Assembly (NCBI GenBank): GCA_017881445.1
Contig: JADGQX010000001.1
Span: 1,942-65,941 of the forward strand
Origin: Gemmatimonadota bacterium
GTDB lineage: Bacteria; Gemmatimonadota; Gemmatimonadetes; Longimicrobiales; RSA9
DNA: 64,000 bases
Direction: 5' to 3'
In this document: positions 33,894 through 41,784 of the stretch, in pieces
How the letters are laid out: each line of letters starts with the position of its first letter
Position numbering within the stretch: the first letter of the stretch is position 1
Made by a program: the position numbers and the translations under genes
The notes under the pieces: generated by a model
What the model saw: only the letters and a program-made list of their open reading frames with translations
Told to the model about the DNA's origin: nothing
The model's database searches: none

Positions 33894-35162
33894 CTAGCGC
33901 GCGGCCGCGGTCTTGGCCACCCGGGTGCGGGCCACGCGGGCGCCCCGGCCCTCGAGCACGTTGGCGTAGGCGACGAGCTCGGGCGTGGGCACGAACTTCT
34001 GGGCGTGCTTCTCGGTCCGGGGCGCGAAGGCGGCCTCGACCAACTCGTACTTCGCGCCGGGATGCCAGAAGATCCAGTCCTCGTAGCCGCTGCGGTAGAC
34101 GGCCTGGATCTGGTCGCTCGCCTGCTCGGGGCCGTAGGTGAAGTTGTGGTCCACCCAGGGGGCGCTGAAGGCCTGCAGCCAGGGGATCACGCGGGCGGTG
34201 CGGGCGACGCCGGCCTGGCGCAGCCGTTCCAGGCGGATGGCGCCGAGGCCGAGCGCCTTGAACACGGTGAGCCCGGGCGCGCGGTTGGGGTGCAGGTCGT
34301 CGGGCAGGTGGGATGGCAGGAAGTGGGATGGATAGACCATGGGCAGCACGTGGTCGACGGTCGCGGCGATCCGCTCCCACTGCTGGCCGATATTGATGTC
34401 GTCGCCGTCGGCGGGCGAGAGTCCGAAGACGTCGGCCGCGACCGGCACGTGCAGCGGGTGCAGGCGCTGCATGGCCTCCGTGAGGAAGGCGACAATGGCA
34501 TCCGTCCGGTCGCCGCGAGCCTCGGGATGCACCTGCGGCGGCAGCGAGGGGAACGGCTCGGGGAAGCGGACGTAGTCGAACTGGATCTCGTCGAACCCGG
34601 CCCTGGCCGCCTCCTCCGCGATCCGGATGTTGTAGTCCCAGACGTCCTTGCTCCACGCGCTCACCCAGGTGTTGCCCTTCTTGTCCGTCCAGAGCCCGCC
34701 GCCCGCGCGGCGGATCGACCAGTCCGGCTTCGCCTTCGAGAGGATCGGGTCCTTGAACACGACGATGCGGGCGATGGCGTAGACGCCGTGGGCGTGCAGC
34801 GTGTCGGTCAGCGTCTTGAGGTTGTGCAGCGTGTTCTGCGCGGGCTGGGTGAGCTCGCGCGCGAGCGGGATCGCGGTGTCGTAGTGCGGTCCGCGCTCGT
34901 CCTTCACATCCACCACGAAGGTGTTGATCTCCGTTCGGTCCGCGATGCCCAGCAGCTCGTGCAGCCGCTTGTGACCGCCCGCGGCGTACGTGTTCAGGTA
35001 GAGGCCCCGGATCACGTCCGGCGTGCGGAGCGCGGCCGGGGGCGGAGCCGGGACGGCGGCGGTGCGCTCCGGCGCGGACCTCGCCCCCGCGTTGCCGCAG
35101 GCGGCGAGAAGCGCCAGCGCGAGGATCGCGGGGGCGGGGCGGAAGAACGTAATCGGCTTCAT
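33894..35162 (-). CDS. Putative glycoside hydrolase lipoprotein (DUF4015-like TIM barrel)
   Basis: ORF track 33894..35441, trimmed to ATG 35162 (MKPITFFRPAPAILALALLAACG, with a lipobox). FVVDVKDERG and GFDEIQFDYVRFP are typical of this family as I recall it. Confidence 0.85.
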   Translation of the reverse strand: MKPITFFRPAPAILALALLAACGNAGARSAPERTAAVPAPPPAALRTPDVIRGLYLNTYAAGGHKRLHELLGIADRTEINTFVVDVKDERGPHYDTAIPLARELTQPAQNTLHNLKTLTDTLHAHGVYAIARIVVFKDPILSKAKPDWSIRRAGGGLWTDKKGNTWVSAWSKDVWDYNIRIAEEAARAGFDEIQFDYVRFPEPFPSLPPQVHPEARGDRTDAIVAFLTEAMQRLHPLHVPVAADVFGLSPADGDDINIGQQWERIAATVDHVLPMVYPSHFLPSHLPDDLHPNRAPGLTVFKALGLGAIRLERLRQAGVARTARVIPWLQAFSAPWVDHNFTYGPEQASDQIQAVYRSGYEDWIFWHPGAKYELVEAAFAPRTEKHAQKFVPTPELVAYANVLEGRGARVARTRVAKTAAAR

Positions 35163-35227
35163 GTCCAGGATCGGCTGGCGAGGGTCGGGCTGCCCGCCGC
35201 GGGCTCTCCGCGACGCGCACGCCGGCA

Positions 35228-35243
35228 TGCAACGCGCGCGCCA
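35228..35243 (-). promoter_or_regulatory. Sigma-54-like -24/-12 element upstream of the hydrolase gene
   Basis: The minus strand reads TGGCGC-GCGCG-TTGCA with correct GG-N10-GC spacing. It lies about 65 nt upstream of ATG 35162. The spacer is low-complexity GC, so this may be a chance match. Confidence 0.25.
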
Positions 35244-35331
35244 TGAAGCTACCATGCGCGGCCGTCGCCGATAAGTGCACGCCTCGAGACGCCGGGCTAT
35301 ATTTCCGCGCCCCGATCCTGGATGAGCGTTC

Positions 35332-36939
35332 ATGCGACCCGTGACTCTCGCGCTGACGGCACTGCTCCCGGTCCTCGCCGCCACGACCGCGCTGGCCCAG
35401 CGACCGGCCCCCGCGCCGCCCCGGCTGGTGGTCTTCATCACCGTGGACCAGATGCGCGCCGACTACATGGACCGCTGGGCCCCCCAGTACACGGGCGGCC
35501 TGGCCCGGCTGCGCCGCGGCGGCGCGGACTTCACCAATGCCTTCCAGGATCACGCCGCCACGGAGACGGCGCCGGGACACGCCACGGTGCTCTCCGGCCG
35601 CGAGCCCTGGAAGACGGGCATTGTCAGGAACTCGGCGGGGGTGAACGACCCCCAGGCCGCCCTGATCGGCGTGAGCGGCGGGGGTGCGTCGCCCTTCCGA
35701 TTCCGGGGCACGACGCTGATCGACTGGATGCGGACGGCGGACCCGGCCAGCCGGGCGCTGTCCGTTTCGCGCAAGGACCGGGGCGCGATCCTGCCCGTCG
35801 GCCGGGCCAAGCAGCAGGCGTACTGGTACGCGCCCAACGGCACCTTCACCACCAGCACCTACTACGCCGACACGCTGCCCGCCTGGGTGCACGATTTCAA
35901 CGCCCGCCGCGAGCCGCAGGGCTACGCCGGGCGGAGCTGGACGCTGCTGCTGCCGGAATCGGCATACGCGGAGAAGGACTCGGTGCCGGTGGAGAGCGGC
36001 GGCGCGGGGGTGACGTTCCCGCACGCGCTGCCCGCCGATCCCGCCGGCGCCGCCGCGCAGCTCGCGGAGTACCCGTTCATGGACGACGTGACAGTGCACC
36101 TGGCGCTGCAGGGACTGCAGACGCTGCGGCTGGGCGCGACCGGCCACACGGACCTGCTCGCGGTCTCACTCTCCACCACCGACGCCATCGGGCATCGGTA
36201 CGGCCCGGACTCGCGGGAGATGCACGACCAGATCCTGCGTCTCGACCGGCTGCTGGGGACGTTCATCGATTCGATCTATCGCCTGCGCGACTCCGCGACG
36301 GTCGTCATCGCGCTCACGGGCGACCACGGCATGACCAGTTACCCCGAGGTCGTCGCCGCCACGCCGGCCGCCGCCGCGGCCATGCACGTGGACCTGACTC
36401 CGCTGGTCAGGACGACGACGGGCGCGCTCGCCGCGCACGGACTGCCCGCCGGCGCCTTCGACTTCGAGGATGGCGTGCTGAGCGTGGACCGGCGCGCCTT
36501 CGTACAGGCGGGTCTGGACGCCGACTCCGTGGTGCGGGCGTTTGCCGCAGCGGTCCGCACCCATCCGGGCGTCGCCCGCGTGGACAGGGTGGCGGACCTG
36601 TCCCGCGCGGACACGTCGAGGGATCCCATCGCCCGCCGCTGGCTGCACCAGATCCCGCCCGACGTGCCCATTCCGCTGGTGGTCACGCTCAGGCGCGGCT
36701 ACGTCTGGGGCACGCGCACCTACGCCGAGCACGGCTCGCCCTCCGACGACGACGCCCACGTGCCCGTGGTGTTCTACGGCCCCGGCTTCGCACCGGGCCG
36801 CTACACCGCCTTCGCCCGGGTGGTGGACATGGCGCCGACGCTGGCGGCGGTCATCGGGGTCCGCCCCACGGAGCCCATCGACGGCCGCGTCCTGACCCGG
36901 GCGCTGCGGCGGCCCGCGACCGTCACTACCCCGCGCTGA
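35332..36939 (+). CDS. Secreted alkaline-phosphatase-superfamily enzyme (type I phosphodiesterase/nucleotide pyrophosphatase-like)
   Basis: ORF 35332..36939. The signal peptide is MRPVTLALTALLPVLAATTALAQ. It carries ITVDQMRADY, TETAPGHATVLSG, TDAIGHRYGPDS and LTGDHGM. Confidence 0.88.
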   Translation: MRPVTLALTALLPVLAATTALAQRPAPAPPRLVVFITVDQMRADYMDRWAPQYTGGLARLRRGGADFTNAFQDHAATETAPGHATVLSGREPWKTGIVRNSAGVNDPQAALIGVSGGGASPFRFRGTTLIDWMRTADPASRALSVSRKDRGAILPVGRAKQQAYWYAPNGTFTTSTYYADTLPAWVHDFNARREPQGYAGRSWTLLLPESAYAEKDSVPVESGGAGVTFPHALPADPAGAAAQLAEYPFMDDVTVHLALQGLQTLRLGATGHTDLLAVSLSTTDAIGHRYGPDSREMHDQILRLDRLLGTFIDSIYRLRDSATVVIALTGDHGMTSYPEVVAATPAAAAAMHVDLTPLVRTTTGALAAHGLPAGAFDFEDGVLSVDRRAFVQAGLDADSVVRAFAAAVRTHPGVARVDRVADLSRADTSRDPIARRWLHQIPPDVPIPLVVTLRRGYVWGTRTYAEHGSPSDDDAHVPVVFYGPGFAPGRYTAFARVVDMAPTLAAVIGVRPTEPIDGRVLTRALRRPATVTTPR

Positions 36940-36948
36940 GGGCCAACC

Positions 36949-37905
36949 ATGGACGACCGGCTGAAGGCGCTGGAGCGCGCGCTACAGGACAGGATCGGCG
37001 CCGGGCGCGTGGAGCACGACGTGCCCCTCGCCCCCTTCACCACCTTCCGCATCGGCGGCCCGGCCGACCTGCTCGTCCGCGCCCGCACGCCCCGCGAGCT
37101 GGCCGATGCGGTGCTGGCCGCCCGCGAGCTGGACGTGCCCTGCTTCCTGCTGGGGCTCGGCGCCAACATCCTGGTGGGCGATGGCGGCTACCGCGGGCTG
37201 GTCGTCCACAACGAGGTCGGCGGGATCGAGCACCTGGGAGACGGCCGCGTCCGCGCGGGCGCCGGCGTCGCCATCTTCCCGGACCTCATCGTGAACACCG
37301 TGGAGCAGGGGCTGGGCGGACTGCACCACTTCGTCGGCATCCCCAGCACCGTCGGCGGCGCCATCTGGCAGAACCTGCACTTCCTCTCCCCCGCCCCCGC
37401 CCGGGAGCGCACCGTGTTCGTGGCGGAGGTGGTCGAGTCCTGCGTCCTGCTGACACAGGAGGGCGAGGTGCGGGAGGTGGGCGTCGAATACCTGCGCTTC
37501 GGCTACGACTACAGCATCCTGCACGAGCGCCGCGACCTGGTACTGTCGGTGACGTTCCGGCTGAGCCCCACCCCCGTGGAGGAGCTGCGCCGCGTCATGC
37601 GCGAGAACCTGCAGTGGCGCGACGAGAAGCACCCGGACCTCTGGCTCTACCCCTGCGCCGGCTCGATCTTCCAGAAGCTCGAGGGCATCGGCGCCGGCCG
37701 TCTCATCGACGAGTGCGGTCTCAAGGGCTACGTCCACCCCCGCGGCACCGCCGAGATCTTCCACCGCCACGCCAACATCATCGTCAACCTCGGTGGCGCC
37801 AGCGCCCGCGACATCCTGGACCTCATCGAGCTGGCCCAGCGCACGGTCCGCGACCGCCTCGGCCACGAGCTGCAGCCGGAAATCGGGATGATCGGGGAAT
37901 TCTGA
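36949..37905 (+). CDS. murB: UDP-N-acetylenolpyruvoylglucosamine reductase
   Basis: ORF 36949..37905. It shows LAPFTTFRIGGPADLLV and FLLGLGANILVGDGGYRGLV in the FAD-binding domain, and a MurB C-terminal domain (AGSIFQKLEG...AGRLIDECGLKG). Confidence 0.93.
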   Translation: MDDRLKALERALQDRIGAGRVEHDVPLAPFTTFRIGGPADLLVRARTPRELADAVLAARELDVPCFLLGLGANILVGDGGYRGLVVHNEVGGIEHLGDGRVRAGAGVAIFPDLIVNTVEQGLGGLHHFVGIPSTVGGAIWQNLHFLSPAPARERTVFVAEVVESCVLLTQEGEVREVGVEYLRFGYDYSILHERRDLVLSVTFRLSPTPVEELRRVMRENLQWRDEKHPDLWLYPCAGSIFQKLEGIGAGRLIDECGLKGYVHPRGTAEIFHRHANIIVNLGGASARDILDLIELAQRTVRDRLGHELQPEIGMIGEF

Positions 37906-38033
37906 GGCTGAGGCTGAGGCAGAGGCAGAAACTGCGAAGGCGCGGGCGGAGGCCGAGGCGTGCGCGAGCGGCCGCGGCACCCGCGTCGCCGTTGCAGTCG
38001 CCGTTATCAGCCTCAGCCCCAGCCTCAGCCTTG
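37903..38033. repeat. Inverted arrays of a hexamer, (TGAGGC)x3-4 against (GCCTCA)x3-4, filling the gap between convergent genes. It is a probable bidirectional terminator.
   Basis: The left arm (37903-37926) reads TGAGGC TGAGGC TGAGGC AGAGGC. The first unit contains the murB stop codon. The right arm (38010-38033) reads GCCTCA GCCCCA GCCTCA GCCTTG. The inner sequences are partly complementary as well. Confidence 0.7.
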
Positions 38034-38036
38034 CCG

Positions 38037-38600
38037 TTACCGAACCGCCCCCACCCTCACGCCTCCCGAGATCATGATCAGGTCGCCGAGGCCTTCGTGC
38101 CGTTCGGCGCGCAGCTCGAAGAGCGGCGAGAAAACGGGTGAGGTCGCCAGAGGCAGGCCGATGATGATGGTGTAGGCGAGCTTCTGGACCCCGGCAGCCG
38201 ACTGGGTGCCGAGGCCGGCACCGAAGTAGGGGCCGCCGCGCGAGCGCGGGTCGCGGCCGCCCGGCTGATAGATGAGGCCGCCCAGGAGCCGCTTCTCGTT
38301 GGCCGGGCAGGTGACGTCCTCACTGCATCCCGACCGGAGGCGGGCCAGGGTGCCGCCGACCCAGGGCTCGATGCCGAAGGTGAGGGGCACGCCCAGGCGG
38401 GCATCCAGGGCGAGCACCTCCGCGAAGTGGGTGCTGAGCGGGTTCTGGTGAATGCTCACGCCGCCCGTGCCGTAGAGGTGGAGGATGGGTGTGGACGCAG
38501 GTGGCGGGGTTTCGGAATCCTGGGCGCGAACAGAAATGGCGCCAAAGGCCAGCAGGATCAGCGCGGCGGTGCCGGCGGTACGAGCGACGTTCTGGGTCAC
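38037..38600 (-). CDS. Hypothetical secreted protein (possible small beta-barrel)
   Basis: ORF track 38037..38678, trimmed to GTG 38600 (AGGAA SD 6 nt upstream). The signal peptide is VTQNVARTAGTAALILLAFGAISVRAQ. I recognise no family. Confidence 0.55.
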   Translation of the reverse strand: MTQNVARTAGTAALILLAFGAISVRAQDSETPPPASTPILHLYGTGGVSIHQNPLSTHFAEVLALDARLGVPLTFGIEPWVGGTLARLRSGCSEDVTCPANEKRLLGGLIYQPGGRDPRSRGGPYFGAGLGTQSAAGVQKLAYTIIIGLPLATSPVFSPLFELRAERHEGLGDLIMISGGVRVGAVR

Positions 38601-38637
38601 GGGCGTTCCTATGCTGGGGATAGGATCGCCAGGGCGA

Positions 38638-39306
38638 TCAGGGCGCCCCGGCGAGCTGCTCGAGGATCTCGGCGTCAATCTGGTGGCCCCCCTCGAAGCC
38701 GACCAGCGCCGGCGGCACGCCGTGGGCGCGCAGCCTCTCGGCCTCGCTCACGGCTCGGGGCTCGTCGAAGAACGCATCCTCGCGGCCGTATACCAGGGTG
38801 ACACGCGAGCGCGCCAGGGCCCTGGCGGCGCCGGGCCATTCCAGGTCGGGCGGCGCGGGCGATCCCCAGAGCACCAGATCGTCCGGGCGCGCCCGACCCA
38901 GCGCCACCCAGCGCGCGGCCGTGGCCGCACCCTGCGAGAAGCCGACTACCACCACGCGCGTGGCGTCGCGGCTCAGCTCGGCGAAGACGTGGCGGTAGAG
39001 CGTGTCCAGGTAGCGGACATAGTCGCCGATCTCCGTCAGCCGGTCCTCGCGCGTCATCCAGGTCGCGCCGACCTTGCTCTCCGGGCCGTGCGCGCCTCCG
39101 GCGTCCTGCAGGTAGTAGTGGTTGAGCGCCTCGGGCGCATAGATCCGGTGCCGGCCGTCGTCCAGCGTCTGGAAGCGGCGAAGGAAGGGCGCGGCGAGCT
39201 GCCCATAGCCGTGCAGGACGAACCACACTTCCGCCGGCGCCGGAATGGCTTCTCCCAGCACCGCGTAGCGGGCACTGCGCGTGACGACCAGGTGGCGCTC
39301 GTGCAC
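38638..39306 (-). CDS. Alpha/beta hydrolase (phospholipase/carboxylesterase-like)
   Basis: ORF track 38638..39699, trimmed to GTG 39306 (GGAGG SD 9 nt upstream). It carries VWFVLHGYGQ and the nucleophile elbow VVVGFSQGAA, with a C-terminal H in FEGGHQI. Confidence 0.8.
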   Translation of the reverse strand: MHERHLVVTRSARYAVLGEAIPAPAEVWFVLHGYGQLAAPFLRRFQTLDDGRHRIYAPEALNHYYLQDAGGAHGPESKVGATWMTREDRLTEIGDYVRYLDTLYRHVFAELSRDATRVVVVGFSQGAATAARWVALGRARPDDLVLWGSPAPPDLEWPGAARALARSRVTLVYGREDAFFDEPRAVSEAERLRAHGVPPALVGFEGGHQIDAEILEQLAGAP

Positions 39307-39335
39307 CGATCCGTGCCTCCGGTGTAGTACCGCGA

Positions 39336-39572
39336 ATGATATGGCCTGACTTCCTCGAAGACGATTTCCCGCTCGGCGATGGCACCGCCGATACCAGCGC
39401 GCAGGCGGAATGCCCACACTGCGGCGAGCCGGTGGAGATTGCCATCGATCCGGGTGGCGGCGCTCGGCAGGAGTATGTGGAGGACTGTCCGGTGTGCTGT
39501 CAACCGTGGCACGTGCGCGTCCGCTACACCCCCGACGGCGTGGCCGAGGTCCAGCTCGACCCCGCGGACTGA
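39336..39572 (+). CDS. CPXCG-motif cysteine-rich small protein (zinc-ribbon-like)
   Basis: ORF 39336..39572 (78 aa). The CPHCG...CPVCC pair is spaced as in the CPXCG family. It is divergent from the hydrolase gene with a gap of only 29 bp. Confidence 0.8.
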   Translation: MIWPDFLEDDFPLGDGTADTSAQAECPHCGEPVEIAIDPGGGARQEYVEDCPVCCQPWHVRVRYTPDGVAEVQLDPAD

Positions 39573-41410
39573 GGCCGTCGCGCCGGCACCGTGAGCGTGA
39601 ACACGCTGCCGACGCCGAGCCGGCTGTCGATGGCGATGTCGCCGCCGAGCAGCCGCGCCAGCTGCCGGCTGACCGTGAGCCCCAGTCCCGTCCCCCCATT
39701 CCGCCGCGTGTTCGACTGGTCGAGCTGCCGGAACGGCTCGAACACCGCCTCGAGGTCCCCCGACGCGATGCCCGGTCCGGTGTCGCGGACCCGGAACTCG
39801 ACCACGTCCGCGCCGTCCACCAGCTCCAGCTCCACCGCTCCCTGCTCCGTGAACTTCACGGCGTTGCCCAGCAAGTTCAGCAGCACCTGCCGGATCTTGC
39901 CGCCATCGGTGATCACCCGCCGCACGCCCTCCAGGCCGCGGGCGCGGAAGACCAGGCCCCGCGCCTGCGCTAGCGGCTCCACCGCATCCACCGCCTCCCG
40001 CGCCAGCTCCACCACGTCCACCGGCTGCAGATCCGCGTGCTCCTTGCCCGCATCCGCCCGCGAGAACGTGAGGATCTCCTCGATGATCGACACCAGCAGC
40101 CAGGCGCTCTTCTTGATCCGCCTCAGCTGCTCCCGCTCACGCCCGCCGAGTACGTCCGATCCGCTCTCGATCAGCATGTCGGCGTAGCCGATGACCGTGG
40201 TCAGCGGCGTGCGCAGCTCGTGGCTGATGACGGCCAGGAACTGGCTCTTGGCCAGGCTGGCGGCCTCCGCCGCCTCCCGCGCAGCTTCCCCCTCCAGCTC
40301 CGCCTGCTTGCGCTCCGTGATGTCCAACACGGCGGCGCCGACGCCCAGGCATTTCCCCGCGGGTGTGCGCACCGGGTAGAGCGTCACCAGCCAGTGCGCC
40401 GGCCGGCCGTCCGGCGCCGCGCCCGCCACCTCGGTCACGACCAGCGGCTCGCGCCCGCTCATCAGCCGCGGCCCCGCCTCGGCTACGAACGCGCCGAAGG
40501 GGGCGTCCGCATCCCGCGCCTGCCGGCCCAGGACCGTGGCCGCCGGGGCGGCCAGCAGCGCGCCCATGGCCTCGTTCACGCGCAGGTAGCGCAGATCCCG
40601 GTCGAGCAGCGCCAGCCCAACGGGCGTGCTGCGGAAGAGCGTGTCCAGCAGCGCCCGCGACTCCTCCGCATCCCGCAGCAGGGATGCGCTGTCCGCCGCC
40701 ACGGCGATTCGTTCCGCCAACTCCCGCGCCTGCTCCAGCTCCACGACGCCATGGTGGCGCCTGGAGCTCGACATCTGCAGAGAGAGCACGCCCAGCGTCC
40801 GCCCCCGCGCCCGCAGAGGCAGCGCCATGGCCGAGCACGGCGCCAGCGGCCGCAGCCTCGCCAGACCCCGAGGGGCGATGGCGCGCTGGAACAGCTCCGG
40901 CGCCATGTCCGGCAGGAACACCACGCCGCCCGTCTCCAGCGCCATGGCGCTCGCGCCGCGGCAGCGACCCGAACCGGGCGCGAACTGCCGGGCCCCTTCC
41001 TCCAGCAGCGCCTGCCGGCTCCCGTCCACGTGGCGGCAGGCCACCACGCGCGCCCGTCCGTGCTCGTCCACCGCGTACACGATGCACGCGTCCGCCAGCG
41101 GCCCCACCAGCATGGCCGCGACTCGGTCGAGTGCCGTGTCGATGTCCCCGGGCCAGGCCAGCGCCTCCGAGACCCGCGTCATCAGGCTCAGCCGCTCGGT
41201 GGCGGCGCGGTGGTCCGCCACCTCCCTGGCGACCGCATCGATGTCCGACAGCAGTTCCAGTGCTTCCGGATGGCTGGCGAGGCGGGCGGCGAGGCGGTGC
41301 AGGCGGGAAAGCGCGTCGGGCGGAAGGGGTGCGGCCCCCGGGCTCGTCCAGTCGTGGACGGCGGAACCGGGCGACGCCGCCAGACCGGTGGGGAGGGCCT
41401 GATCCATCAT
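39524..41410 (-). CDS. Cytoplasmic GAF-PAS sensor histidine kinase (no cognate regulator adjacent)
   Basis: ORF track 39524..41848, trimmed to ATG 41410 (MMDQALPTG...). GAF-like and PAS-like regions are present. The H-box is [13 protein letters not shown], and the ATPase boxes are [15 protein letters not shown] and GGTGLGLT. The 3' end overlaps the CPXCG gene by 49 nt. Confidence 0.88.
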   Translation of the reverse strand: MMDQALPTGLAASPGSAVHDWTSPGAAPLPPDALSRLHRLAARLASHPEALELLSDIDAVAREVADHRAATERLSLMTRVSEALAWPGDIDTALDRVAAMLVGPLADACIVYAVDEHGRARVVACRHVDGSRQALLEEGARQFAPGSGRCRGASAMALETGGVVFLPDMAPELFQRAIAPRGLARLRPLAPCSAMALPLRARGRTLGVLSLQMSSSRRHHGVVELEQARELAERIAVAADSASLLRDAEESRALLDTLFRSTPVGLALLDRDLRYLRVNEAMGALLAAPAATVLGRQARDADAPFGAFVAEAGPRLMSGREPLVVTEVAGAAPDGRPAHWLVTLYPVRTPAGKCLGVGAAVLDITERKQAELEGEAAREAAEAASLAKSQFLAVISHELRTPLTTVIGYADMLIESGSDVLGGREREQLRRIKKSAWLLVSIIEEILTFSRADAGKEHADLQPVDVVELAREAVDAVEPLAQARGLVFRARGLEGVRRVITDGGKIRQVLLNLLGNAVKFTEQGAVELELVDGADVVEFRVRDTGPGIASGDLEAVFEPFRQLDQSNTRRNGGTGLGLTVSRQLARLLGGDIAIDSRLGVGSVFTLTVPARRPQSAGSSWTSATPSGV

Positions 41411-41509
41411 TTCGCGACACCCGGTACGGGAGGCCTCCCGGGGACTCCAGGAGAAGCCGGCCCCGAAGCTACTACGCCGCCTTACCGGCGGACAAGAGCG
41501 GAGCCGCGG

Positions 41510-41525
41510 CGGCATGGCCGTTGCC
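41510..41525 (+). promoter_or_regulatory. Sigma-54-like -24/-12 element upstream of the M16 peptidase gene
   Basis: CGGCAT-GGCCG-TTGCC has correct GG-N10-GC spacing and matches GGCA...TTGC. It lies 260 nt upstream of ATG 41785, a long distance. This could be chance. Confidence 0.25.
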
Positions 41526-41784
41526 CGACAATGGGTGGAATTGTCGTAAGCACAACCGCTTATGAGATGAAGGCGGATATGGCTCGAGCCGGAGCCGCGG
41601 CCCGCTCCACCACGGGCCACGACACCCTCCGCGAATGGGTCGAGACCCCGCTGCCACCCCGCCACGGTCGACCGCAGCCGCTGGCGGGTGAGCGCTCCGG
41701 GCCGCACCTTTGCCGCGCCTGGTGTGTAGTAGCCCGCTCGACGGGCGCCCGAGCGCACCGCCGCGACCCCGATCAGCAGGACCC

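Noticed and set aside
35322-38141. A 939-aa plus-strand ORF running through the phosphatase gene, murB and the hexamer repeat.
   Set aside because: It is out of frame with two well-supported genes on the same strand. It is Arg/Pro/Gly-rich and reads through an obvious non-coding inverted repeat.
38617-38646. GGGGATAGGATCGCCAGGGCGATCAGGGCG as a possible fourth, degenerate octamer element.
   Set aside because: It has only loose similarity, no inverted partner array, and partly overlaps the 3' end of the hydrolase gene.
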